Positions 1 through 13,300 of a stretch of 64,000 nt of DNA are shown one piece after another. Location of the stretch: NCBI GenBank assembly GCA_002633005.1, contig NMRA01000364.1:317383-381382 (forward strand), read 5' to 3'. Every line of letters begins with the position of its first letter. Position 1 is the first letter of the stretch. The translations under genes and the position numbers were made by a program. The notes beneath the pieces are model-generated. The model was given only the letters and a program-made list of their open reading frames with translations. It was not told where the DNA came from and did no database searches. Source of the stretch: Phoronis australis (Eukaryota; Animalia; Phoronida).

Positions 1-1389
1 TTAAATGAGAAAATAACTCCCGTTTTAAACTAATCTATTGTTTTTTACTATTTGTTAATGTGCCAAATTGTTAAGCAGCGTGTATTTTAAATAACCAGAT
101 GGATGCGACTGCTGGCGGTTAAATTTGAAACTAAATTACACTCCCAATACTGTCGAAGACATTTTTTCACTTCGTTGTGAACAGAAACGATACAATAACA
201 AATAATTAAGTAAAATTTTCATGGAGTTCAGTCTGAAACTGTTTTATATCTTCCAAAATTAGCCTGCAAGAACATCAATTGAGGTAATATTTCCTTACGA
301 GTTACGACAAATTCTATTCAAGTGGTCTATTAATTTTCATTTTATCAAATGAAAGATGCTTTTTAAAGACAAACTATTCAATCACGTGGTGCATTTGTGG
401 TAAGAGCCGCATTGAATGCTGTGACTTCCTGATAAATATTGAAAACCGAGCACCGTCACCCCAGTTTAACTCGCACATCGCGGTCAAAAGTTTGTTGATG
501 GCGTACTCAATGTTGGAATATGATATTTTACTTTATTTACTAGCCATTTGCTTTTGGTCATATGAAATACGTCGACATCGTGTCACATAATATAGTACTG
601 GGTGATGTTTTTAAAATCTCCACACGCATTCACGCTGGGGAATAAAACAGATAAAACATTAAAAACACCAAGGCGGCCATCTGTTAAAAGCTCTCAATTT
701 TTGTAAACAAGGCATATCCATGTTTTTTTTTAATAACATTATCACGTACTGGCTTTTTACCAACTAATATAAACACTTTAATTATTCTGTTTGATATATC
801 GAATTATAACAAGTTACTCTTATAACTAATAAATAATGACTTTTGATGACTGGACTGAAGTGGCCGATGATTACCAATAGTGAACAGATGCCGGTTAGAA
901 AATGCGAGCAGAAGAAATACCTTAAATTTACTTTCTCGTGCACATTTTGTATAAAATTTACGTTTTACGCTTTTAATTCGACATGAACAATGGTATTTTA
1001 TAAAGCCCAGGTTTCCAGTACACCCAGACTTCTGATATCTTAAGATCCCTAGGGACCTTAATTCGGCACTGTCCAGCTAATAGTCTGACGGGGATTCAAG
1101 ATAAAAGTATAATCTACAAACGAATCGCGTGAGATAAGAGTACACCTACATGTAAGTATATAGCTTGTGTTTGCCTCAGGTACAACGATTATTTTCGAGA
1201 AAGGAACTTAACACTTTTCGCTTATCTGGTGTTGAAATTGCCAACAAAATTCGTAGAATTTTTAATTATTTTTGTCTGTTTATGGTCTAATCAATCAATC
1301 AATCAATCCAATCCATCCCTTACCACAGTCCGACACGCAAACTACTTTGGGTCAAGCCGGGTCGGAAAATGGGAGTCGTTGAATTCTTA

Positions 1390-1797
1390 TCGTGGATTTT
1401 CCGTAGATAAGACCACCCGATGAAACACCCATGGGCGTTTATTCGAAAAATTATACCGAATTATTAATTGCCCATGGGCGTTTATTTGGTGTTGCAACTT
1501 CTGGTATCAAGTGTCCAGATATTGGGAAAATTTACTCTTAAAAACCTACTCAGCGCGAACTTTAAGTCACAAATTCAGTTTTTGGAGTATTTATCATTTT
1601 TAAAAAAGAACAAAGTGTTGGCGAACTATGCATTTATCAACATAAAATTTAAAAACACTGCTAGCACTTGCGTAGCCAAAACTATGACTTTCCGTTTACC
1701 GAACAAACGCCTAGGCGTTTATTTGGTGTTGCTAAAACGTCTGGAAATTTTCGTTTTCCGATTAAACGCCCAAGGGCTTATCTACGGAAAACTACGG
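1390..1797. mobile_element. Non-autonomous Tc1/mariner-pogo-like MITE (~410 bp)
   Basis: Left end TA|TCGTGGATTTTCCGTAGATAAG; right end CTTATCTACGGAAAACTACGG|TA (imperfect TIRs, TA on both flanks). Internal AAACGCC/GGCGTTT repeats; no transposase. Confidence 0.75.
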
Positions 1798-4700
1798 TAT
1801 TTATTATCGATAAAACACCAACTTCTAGCTTCAGCAGCGCTTATGTGTGAATTGAACATTTTTTTCATCTCTGAGAATGATGTATTTGAACAATTGATAC
1901 TTTCAACAACACAGAACGCTCGAATCCATTTGACTGCGTGGTTATGGAAACAAGTTGAAAATTGAATGCATTATTTGTCATGGTAACAAAACCAACATAA
2001 CAAAGGCGAGACGTAACGTTATTGTACTGTTCTAGTTAATAACAAGGTTGCCAAAATTAAGGGGTTATACCAATTTCAGGGTCTACATTTGTTTTATAAC
2101 TCTGGTAAAATTTTAAAAGCTAATAATTTCATAAAGTCAGTCCCCTCCAACAAAAATCCCAAACGACCTTTTTTGGCCGTAAAACCGATAACGTCCCTTT
2201 GAGAAAACACACTAGGTTGATTCGGTCATCTTTAAATCATCTTTGAGGATCTAGATTGCAGCGCATTCCATGCATACCGTCCATTAGCTTTTTTCTTAAA
2301 GATACCATTTCCGCTTCATTTTAGTTAAAAACTTCATAAAACGGCTTTTAACGCAAGTTTGTTCACACGAAACGTAAGCCCGAATAACGCGAATTCAACA
2401 CAACTTCAAATATTTTCAAGCTTTAATACGGGTTTTTGAATTAATTTTTATTTTGGTGGTGCACAACTACATAAAATTGCCACCGTAGTGAGTGACAGTT
2501 GACTCATGCATTCATGGGTACTCACTCAAGTGCAGCCGTAAGCAATGAGGTTTCCCCGCGAACCCCGCCCATTTTTTAAAAAAAGAAAAACTAAAAATTT
2601 TAATAGTGAAATATGGAAAACTGAAACCGGACTGAAATTTACGATCTGTTTAAATTTGAATGATATCTTCCGACAGGTGAAACTCGGTCATCCTATGTTT
2701 TAACTTGATGAATGTAAAAGAATGCGTATCTTTAATTTTTATTATTGGTCAAATGGCTGATACCCAGATGGTTTCTTTCGATAATCCGAACGCGGGACAA
2801 ATCTTCAAAAAAGTAGACGGTCCCGCCAAAACGGGATCATTAGGTTGGGGGGAATGGATAAGGTTCAAGGATCCCGAGAAATGACAGAGTAAGGCCTAGC
2901 TAAAGGAGGCAGAAACTGAAGTATTGTTGACATTGACAACAATCGATGATATTCCTTGCTTAAATATCAGTAACTCATTGCTTTTATCTGTGACCTTTCT
3001 TACCAACCCAATATAAACCCTTCGCAGAGTATTCCACCCTTTGATCACCAACTTGGAACTTATCATTATATGATAATGCAAAGACGCGCGCTTATGGGTT
3101 CTTCGTAACCGAATAAAAGAACATGACTCGTTTCGGTGTCTAGTATACAAAAAATTGCTTTAATTTGCATTTCAGCCGTATTATTTGACTAGCTCGGGTT
3201 CACCAACTTTAAAATCTTATAGAAGCAATGTGTTGGCATCGGTAAAATCGGCTTACAGCTCGATCATGTCATAACGAAATGCATCTAAATAAATTACCTG
3301 AAATATTGTACTTTCACGTAGAGCATAAAGTGCACTAATGATAAGTTTAAAGCCTATAGCGCATTTGTCTGAATAATCAAATAATTCACTCTCTTGGTAA
3401 TATAATGTCATAAGGGTCGCCGGGCGACCAAATTTCTTAATTATAATGTCATCGGTACAATCAGAATTGATAAAATCTCATTTAAACATTTTTATTCGGA
3501 AATATGGTGCTGAGTGGATGCTTATGGATGAGCAAAGGCAAAGAGTTTGAAAATTTCATCATGATTTTGAAAACTAAACTGTTATATCAAGAGCAGTCGA
3601 AGCTTAATGTCACTTGTCGATCATTCATCATAAATCTATAGAGGTCCACGACGTGTATAGTCAATTCACATTTTGAAACTTTGCTCGAGATTTGTGTCTT
3701 ATTTCAGTCACTCCGTGGAATGAAATTTCGTATATGCATTCAAACAAACATTCGTCGATTCATCAAAGAAATTTCTGGAGAAACCGAAAGACCGAGCCGC
3801 CCTCTGTGGACGACCGGTTTGTGAATGTTTTGTGGTATTTAGCAAATACTTCGATGAAGATTGTGGCAATAGAGACATTTAATTCATTTACTAGCTAATA
3901 AGTTTTCAAATTAATAAAACTTTTCGTTTGGGTTTACAATTTCAAAAGACTCAGTTGCGCGTAGCTAAATCCAATGTTCATTAAATATGCCTAGGGATAA
4001 TTTATAAACTGAAACAATCGGAAGAATAGAATCCCTTTCCGTTAATAACCACTGGGATAAGTGATGCAGACATCGACCTAAGTAAAATATGCATGCGTTT
4101 TAGGTTTTATTGAAGCCGTGAAACATGTTTTGTGGATAGCGCTAGCTTGAAAACAGGAAGTACAGTAATGCTTTATTTTGGCGGAAGCGGCGCTTCCATT
4201 CGACCTGAGCACAAAATTGATGAGAATGTACTGTTTTGTGACGGTTTATCAGGATACAGTTCTCACGGTGGAAATTGACCTTGCTGAATGCGCGTTATAC
4301 TGTAAAGCGAGGGCGGGATTGGTTTACTGTCGTTAAATGAAATAAGTCCTTTGCATGGCCGGAGATACTTTTTAATCATTATTTAAATCAGTCACCTATG
4401 TTGTGTTTTTATGTTGTTTGTTTTGTGTCCTTATGAAATTCATTTGGCGTCTCGACTTCTGAGGCAGCAAAACGTAATTAAAAGCTCATTTAATGGCGTG
4501 GCGGCATTTCTTTGACAACGCCTCAGTATACTGGTTCAGGCTGATCACAGAAAAATAACGTTTGATTGATAATCAATTTATTTCAGGTGATAAGGCCACT
4601 GGTCCATACTACAAAGCATAACATATATAAGACAATTAAGTACAGATGCGCACACTGTTTACATTTTGACAGTAGATTCGCGTCTTCAAATTTTATCAAA

Positions 4701-5752
4701 AATACACAGGTTTTGTAACTCTTTTGTATTTATAAAAGTACCGTCGACTTTATTCCTGATAGGAGGTGAGTATTTTTGGCGAAGATTGTTATATGACCTG
4801 CACTAATGAAAAATAACTTCATTTTCAACCACATTTAAATCACAACAAACTGCCCGTTCTTCTGAATGCTATTGACAATAAACTGAATTGAGCATAACTG
4901 AATCTGGTCAAGCTCGATAACTGAGCAAAGTTTTTAACAGGTACATAATATTCAATTACTATATCATTTTGAAACAGTCTGTTTATACATCGACACTGGT
5001 TTGCTACAACAGTTCTTCGTTCCAGTTTTGATATTCTTTATCGTAACACCTATTTCTAAATTTGTTTTCAAAAATCTCGTCAGTTACTCCATGATAAAAT
5101 TAAAACCAAATCATCAGACGATGTTTCTTTGGAAGATTGGCACAGTTTTGTTATGACTTGCGTTAAGTTCACATCACATACGCGATCGCGCGTATCACAA
5201 ATTTCTTCAATTTTTTTCCCGATGTCCAACGTTTTAGGAATCAGCAAAACAAACCGTTATCTTCGTCGGTCGCCACATTTTACTTGAAGGTCGCCCATTG
5301 AGCGTAGGATTTTCTCTCCAATTTTTTGGCCAAAAGTGTGAGAGTGGAATTTAGAAAACGGGTGCATCATACTTTAGTACAAGATACTTAAGTTGCCGTT
5401 TTGGTGATTTCAAGCAATCCTCGTTCTGTCTTCCACAAATATACCATCGGCGCCTGACTTGAATGACAAAAACACAATTCAGCTAAAACACAATCATACT
5501 GCCTGTGTTACAGTTTGGAAGTGGTTCTGGGTGAGTGATCTTTCGCTACAGCTGTGTAACCTGGTAACTCGCCTAAAGCGGAGGTCACGCTTTCCCCGTT
5601 TGGCTAACTTAGTAGGAAGTTTTCAAAATCTGTTCCAAACGTCTTAGTGTCGACCAATGATACAGAGCATCATTTGTTTTAGAGTATCGACCGGATGAAA
5701 GTCGCTATTAATATCTGTTAACCCAAATAGGAATTAGTATTCAGTAATTCTG

Positions 5753-5996
5753 CATGGGCACACCCAACCTTTAATATGGGGGCTCTAAGTGGACCTTTTT
5801 ATGACAAAAAGTGGGAGGACTAAAAAAGCGGGGTACCACCTTCAGGACTGTGAAATGTGCGTCTGCGCCTTTTTAGTGGACTTTTGTCTCGTTTTCTCGG
5901 ACTTTTTTTGTTTCCCTGAGGCGGACGTTTTTGTTCACTTCGCCAAATGGTAGGGGGGGAGGGGGGCTCCCCGAGCCTCCCCTGGGTGCGCGCATG
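5753..5996. mobile_element. MITE with CATG(C/G)GC(G/A)CACCCA termini and a 5-bp TSD; same family as 48752-49006, opposite orientation
   Basis: Ends CATGGGCACACCCA...TGGGTGCGCGCATG, flanked by TTCTG/TTCTG. Aligns along its length to the reverse complement of 48752-49006. Confidence 0.8.
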
Positions 5997-8924
5997 TTCT
6001 GGGTAACTTCTGCAAGTGTTAATAAAAATCCGAAATACTCTCGCGTGCGGTTGACACGAATTGTAACAAGGTGTTGCTTATCGTCTGTTCAGCCTGAAAA
6101 TGATTCGCAGCCTTTAGCAAAAATTCAAACCTCAGTATCTTCTAAGCACAAAAGCTCTTAAACATCGCATAATCATCTACCCTTTGAGAACAAGTTGTAC
6201 AGAGATATCACAATCATTTCAAATTAACTAATGTTTCACCGATCAAACGAGATGAAAGTCGCCTGTTGACAATCAATAAACGCTCGAGTTAACTCATCAA
6301 AGAACCACGTTATTAATATAAAATATTCATCCTCACTGTTTGATACAAAACCTGTTTAACTTTGATCATTGGCAATGTCTAAAAGATCACAAATATAAAG
6401 CCATTAATTACTCAATCTTCAAACGAAAATGTTAAATAATGCAAACTGTCTTCGTCGAAAACACAGTGTACTTTCCTTTTTCAAATGCCATCGACGTATT
6501 TAGTAATGGCGGGAAACGTCGATTTACAAATCCGCATGCTGACGATTTCTGTTGTAATTGTCACAACTTGAAGGCAGTGGATAATACGTACAAAACTTTT
6601 CAATTTTCGACTTAGATTTAATTATTCATGCGTAGCTGGGCCGTAGAAAGTGGGGCGCCCGCAATGATTTGAAAGAGTTACGGCCTTGGCAGTGAATCTG
6701 CATGGGTTTTTTACGCCGAGGGAGAGGGAAATTTGTCACCCAAATCCGTGCAGAAATAATTGAAAGACGCACCGAAACTTTTAAGAGAGGACACTAGTCA
6801 CTTACGGGGATCTCTAACGATAAAAAACAGTGTGGTGGTGGTGGTGGTGTCAGTGGAGGAGACTGGTTCTCAAAATCTGGGATCCTTTAAGAGAACACAT
6901 TAAATGTTAATTACCAATGCCGGATTTACCCTATGGGAGCCCGACCCAGCCAGTTTGTAAGAGGGGAGGTTAAGCATGTATCGTCTACACGCAATTGAAA
7001 ACGTGAACATTGCTGTATTTTAAGTATGCGCAGTCCGGAAGACCCTTTTCAAATCAGGTCTCTTTTAGAGGGGGTTCCGTGCAGTTTAAGGCCCCTCTGC
7101 CACTCAGGCGGCGAAGTAGATGAAATTCTAAACTGGCCAAGAAAATCACAAGAGAGATGCCACCTAAATAACAAAAAAATGCGACTCCTGTATGTTCAAA
7201 AATAAACAAAAACAATAACATTGAATCAAAGGCTGGTATTTTGAAGTATTCGAAGAAGTATCAACACTTTCACTCAAAGAACTCCTAGAATAAAATTTGT
7301 TTGTAAGACAATTATTTAGGGCTGTTTGTGTGACTCTCATTGAGTAGACCTGACTGTCGGCAGCTTTAAGTCTTTTAATGGCGGTGTACGTGCCAATTTG
7401 AGACATTATCTTTTAGTTTTACGGAATCATGACGCAAAGAGCTCATTGTATTGACAATCGTAAACAAAGAACTGTGTTTTTTTTAAAGAACAGCTTCAAT
7501 TTTAAATCGTAACAGCTTGCAATCGGATTAAACCAGAATATTAGTTTGAAAATTTCTTGCTGGAGTGGTCCGAAATCCAATAAGATAAGACCAAAACGGT
7601 AAATTACACAAATCAAATGTTTTGACAGGAAGGGTAGGTTTATTAGAAAAGAAAACCCGAAAGGCGCTCTGTGTGCCTTGCACGAAACGGCTCAACATGT
7701 CAAAGTCGTTGTTAGCTTGTTGTAACCTGCAAGGCTTCAATGGTTTTCATGTTGACGTAGGTGTTTACGGAAATCGACGGAATCTTGTTATTTGTGGGTC
7801 ATTTTTGACATTTATAAGTAAATGATGAATTTTGAAAACGATGCTTCGGTTAATTATGATTCTCTGATTTGAAATTCTGGAAATTATTTTATTTTATTTT
7901 TGCGGCGATCGTCCGGTTTTTAAATATCGTTAAATCCCCACATAACGGTTACGAATTCCGCGAGATGATTTCTGCCACTCTGAAGTAACCCTGTTTAGAA
8001 TACGTAATCGAGTGATATCGCTGAAATAGGAAGCTTGTAACAGTCTTACATGTGTCTGTGTTTTTACAGGCAATTCATAAAAAGTGAAGTTCAGCACCAC
8101 TCAACTTTGGCGGCCACAATGTAGTGCACCATCAGAAACTCAAAATTATTTTCGAAATTCCAAATTTAAATTTTGTTATTTTGAAAACATTTGATTACGT
8201 GTTAAAAGAGTATTCATTAGGAATTATACAAATTATCTACAAATTATAGATTTTCACACAATGAGAGTGTTATATTTTCTGAAAGTGTAAGGTATATATT
8301 TTTTTGACTTTTACAAATGTCCCATTAATTGGTCCTCTTGACCATGTCTTTAAAGTAAAATTTATCAAAAAAGAAAGGTACATTGATATGAAAACAATGG
8401 TATCAATAACATGACCAAATTTCAATGAACATAAAAGTTCACGATGAAATCTCAAAAACGTCGTGACAATTTTCTAAATTATCATTTCGTTTTCGTTTCA
8501 TACAACTTTTTAAATAAAATTTCAAAAGTCCAATTACTTCTCGTGCTAAATTAAAACACAATTCCTAATAGTGTTCCGGAAAACATTGCATAAATTATCT
8601 GAGAGTTTCATGTGAAACTCATCAGCCATTTGATATTTTGAAGTGAGCCAGATTTAACTCTTTGTCCAAGGTCCTACATAATCGTACACGGCGTCTTTAA
8701 AAAGATCGAGGGAAGGCTAAAGGCTGTGACAGTAGGATTTGAAAATCGGGAACGAGGCAGGAGATGAAAACGTTGGCGACATGGGGTACAACAAAGTACT
8801 TTCCGAGTCCAATTTTGTCTGCGTCATACGGACCTTTTCGGGTAGCACACCCAATGAGCGGAGGTAGCGCCCTACTAATAATAGTATCAGTGATTGGTAT
8901 TTAGATTAGAATGTTGACACTGGT

Positions 8925-9251
8925 TAGGGATTCATATCTTTCAGAACGAAACGACGCGATTCGATATCGATATTTCAAGAAACGATACGATATACTGAAG
9001 ATATTTTTCGCTATTTTATATTCAAATAAATGTACGACAAAGACAGTTCAGCACTGCTTTTATATATATCTTAAGTTTCATAAAGTATGCATTTTAACCA
9101 TGAAAATGAACTGCTGGCTGGTCATCTCTTTCTGGAAAAAGACTGGCCTGTCTTCTGTGATACCGACAGTTTAAGAAAACGGTATTTCACTGGTATTTCA
9201 CCAAACCGATTTTGATTCAGTATCAATATCGAGAAACAGTAGTCAGTCCTA
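8925..9251. mobile_element. Degenerate hAT-like MITE
   Basis: TAGGGA...TCCTA ends with clustered CGATA/CGATT subterminal motifs. The putative 8-bp TSD matches only 5/8. Confidence 0.35.
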
Positions 9252-9939
9252 ATAATGTTAATGAATACCTAGTATTTTCGTCACACCCTATCTTCTATTT
9301 ATCCTTGGAAACAGAGTATGGAATAACTTATGTTTTTCCAGTCAAAGCATAAATTTCTTCTGTGTGGAAGATGGTATAAAAAACTGACGAGGACGTGAGC
9401 AAGTTTTAGAATGGCGGAAATAATTAGATAGCAATAACGCTGATCCGTAAATGGCGACAGAGATTTGAATGGCACATCAAAGCAATTCATCTTCTGCCAG
9501 TTGACCCGACTCTAGTTTGGGTACTAACAACAGTAGCCACATCAAAAGTAAGCACACTAACGGTTTTTCAACAATGATATTAATGACTTCCCCGTAACTC
9601 GCGGGGTTATATTCGTACATAGCTCATATCAATGTTTTGATTGACGTCTTGGGTTTCCATCTTGGCGTTTCCACCTGTTAGCCGACGTCGGGCAATCCCA
9701 ATAACACCTGAGCCCGCACGTTTATGCGTACTCATTACATACAATGAAGCTCTTTATTACAACCATCGGTGGTAAATACAATTTAACACATGCCGGCGAT
9801 TTTAAACGAGTTCTGTTCTGAACAGAGTGTATACTTGTTGTAATCATCATTTAGTACGTCATCACTCGTCACCTGACGCTATGCATGAGTATTGTGTCAC
9901 TGTTAATATTGTTTTTCTGACCGGCACTACAAAGTTTGA

Positions 9940-10058
9940 TGTAATCATAATAATTACAATAACAACGATATTGATAACGAAAATGATAATGATAGAACTT
10001 ATAGTAATATTATTAAAAATACTAATAATAATAGTAATACTACTACTGCTGCTATTAG

Positions 10059-10096
<38 letters not shown>

Positions 10097-10390
10097 ATGA
10101 TAATAATAATGGTAATGATAATGATAATAACAATATCAGTAACAATAGCAATAACATTATCAATAACCATAACAGTAACAACAACAATAACAAACACAAC
10201 AACAATAATAACGATAATGATAATAATAATGATGATAGTAATAGCAAAAATAATAACAATACCAATAATATTAATATCGATATTAATAATAACAGTGATG
10301 GTGGTAATAATACTACTACTAATAATAATAGCGATGATGATGATGGTGGTGGTGATGATGATGATGGTGATGATGATGATGATGGTGATG
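9940..10390. repeat. Compound trinucleotide microsatellite (ATA/CTA/ACA/ATG/GTG)
   Basis: About 450 bp of in-register triplet repeats including (CTA)n and (ATG)n; it produces the spurious low-complexity ORFs here. Confidence 0.95.
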
Positions 10391-13300
10391 AATGGACATT
10401 GTCGGTAATATTGGATTTTTGTAAACAATTACATATTGGAAGTATGGGTGACTGCTCAGCACTTCCTAGTTGACTTTTAAGATGTCTCTTCCCAGCGGGC
10501 AGCAATTTCATGGGAAGTCGATTAGAATCAAAAGTGCGCGAATCAGTTGTTTTCCATCAATATTCAAGTCGGGTGTCCAACTATTACAGTCCTCTCGCGT
10601 CTGTAATAAATGGCGATTTCCGACTTCTCAGATGGAGCATTTTTGTGAGGCTTTTGTTTGATATTTTCTTTGAAATGAGATCTGAGAAGAGAAGTCACTA
10701 AGTACATTGATCACGTAGTTTATCAAGTGCGCGATGTTTGATCAATAAAGCTTTGTAACAGTATACAGTCTATCAATCACTGTCATATACATCGTCCAAT
10801 TCAATGCCAAAACATCGTGTCGGGCTCAACTCTAAATTATCTGTAATGCCTCGGTTCAGCCAATTGCCACCACATGAGGGCGCTGCGTTGGGACTCCTTC
10901 GGAAACTCCTATCTCATCCGAAGCGATTTTGCGTGCACAAAAAGACTCTAGTCTCTTTCAGTAAAAAATGATGGGGCTCATTTTGAAAATTGTATCGCTT
11001 ACCGCAGTGCCCACATTGAGCTGTGGGCTTTAAAGGTATTAATGTAAGAACGAGGATAGAACTCTAGACAGGCCCTTAGAATTCTACGGAAGAAGTGAGT
11101 GACTGCATTTGAGATTTAAAATTCATGGTGGCATCGTAGGTGGTGATTTTTTTCTACATAGATTTTAACTCGAAACACTAGTCAGGCTTCACTTCAGCGG
11201 CAGTTTGATTTGTTTTGAGTATTCCGACGACTCTTTCATTGACAGACCTATCTTGTCTTGAAATATTTTGAGTGACAAAAATTGAGACAAGCCGATCACA
11301 TTTTGCCACATTTCCAGATGCACCTTTGCCCGCGCAGGGAATGTAAAACGATTCCGAAAGGGCTCTCACGTTTTTTCGGTCCTTATTTTCGAAAAAGCAC
11401 CCGTCGAGTCTTTATGCTGGTGATGGCTCTTTAGGGAATCCCTGATAATTCAACTAAAGTACATGACGTAATCAACCCTTTTTGACCGTTGCAGTTTCGA
11501 GGAGACACTGAAAGACAAGATGGGCTTATCTTCCACTTGTCGCCTTCAAAGATCAAACCAACGCAGTGCCAGGGCAACCTGGATTTGAGATGATAAAACA
11601 CCTTGCCGAGACAACACCAACAATAAGTACCCCCCCCCCCATTTTTGCCCTCGCTCCCGCGGTCGCAACATTACCATACAAGACGATTTCTATACGTATT
11701 CCAAATATTTTTTATTGTGTTAAGGTAATACTTAAAACTGCATTTCGCCCGGCCTGTTTACTCTTGAGATGGCTAAAAATTAACATCGAATTCGATCTTT
11801 TACACTCATAAATCGGTTTCGTGATATTCCTTAACACGACAGTACTATATTTCCCGTTGTTACCCACGCACGCCACACGTAATGCATACACGCGCAGTTT
11901 TCGCATTTGCAATTTTAGCGTTGGCCAACCCCCATTAATCTCTGAAGCGTTTTCTCGAGTCTCTGGTGGTTCCAATGATTTTGTTGGTAACTTACGGAAA
12001 CAAATTCCTATCACGGCATTCGATACCAGACCGATTTCAGGGATTAAATTGGCTATTTAATTCGAAAAGCTAAACAGGGCAAAATGTAATGTGGTATTTT
12101 TAAATGAGGTGAGAGGACTCTTTAGCGATTGCTTTCCTATCTGAGACAATACAGCAAAGCCTAAATGCTCACCCAAGAAGACACATGAGAACGAAAAACT
12201 GCCGGCACACGAGTTGAGGCCACGTCCCCAGGAACCCACAAGACGAATATGCATTTGTGTGAAAACCACAATCCCGATACTTTCCAGTTTGCTCCATCTT
12301 CTTCTCTCACTAACCGTTCTCCCAGTTATCCATTTCTCCGATATGTTTTGCATTGCATCTCAAAAATGCCTAAGAAATGTCCACCAAACAATTGTTTATA
12401 TTCGGAACTGAAATAAAATTGCAGACCCCACGATGTTTGGAAAGGTTGAATACGCTACTGAATACGTTTCTGTAAGCCATTTTATGAATACTAAATTAAT
12501 TGCGAACATCTCCTCTGGCAAAGTTGTCACGGTTTTATTTAATGTACTTAGCTAATATCAGTTTCTATCAGTTCTCGATTCCAAGCGCTCATAATTGTAC
12601 CAGCATTCAAAAACTACATGTCTATAGTCAAGCCCTTAACAATTTTGTCCAATCACGAATTGCTTCGGCAACCACAATTATTACGAAGCTGGAAAAACTT
12701 CCAAGCTAAATTTCGCGAACATTATTAAGCCCTCAGGAAAAATTGACAGGAACGGGGTTAAAGCATATTAATTCGTTAATAAATATTAACGGCACTATTA
12801 GAAAGTAATAACACAGGTGCATTTTGACAACTCAACACAATATTTGAAATATGCTATTTTTCTCTTATAAATTATTAATTTCTAAGTATCAATAACGCCA
12901 GATGCCTTCTATTCCACAGCTGCCAGAGACCAAGAAAAAAAATAGTATATTTTACAGGGCTCCACTCACTGGCTTCATTTTCACAGTCTTTTCATTCTTT
13001 ACTATAAATTTTCCGACGAAAAGTTGCACATCAATATGACTTTTTTAACAAAGTGCATGAATAGGAATCGCTCAATCGCTTTAACAATTAATTTCCACAA
13101 GTAGGCGCTTTCTCATTTTCTACTCATCCATTTTTAGCATTTCACATGTTTTCCTATAGCGGAGGCCTTGGTGTTGCCGTCAATGTACCTTCTCTTCTTT
13201 TTTAAAATTTTAGTGGCAGGACCTGGTCACGTGCCCCAATTAATGGCACGTGGGTAAAAAGTCAAAAATCCAATTCTACAGGCTTTCTACAATTCAGAAA

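Noticed and set aside
1468-1965. 165-aa ORF
   Set aside because: Largely overlaps a MITE, has no recognisable domain or transposase motif and no splice support.
2050-8700. TTAA-flanked ends suggesting Kolobok- or piggyBac-like elements (~2057, ~7366, ~8696)
   Set aside because: I could not pair the termini or find coding remnants.
9827-10511. Three 170-193-aa Ile/Leu/Ser-rich ORFs
   Set aside because: Translations of a trinucleotide microsatellite.
11178-12709. Cluster of short ORFs on both strands
   Set aside because: No recognisable homology or consistent exon structure.
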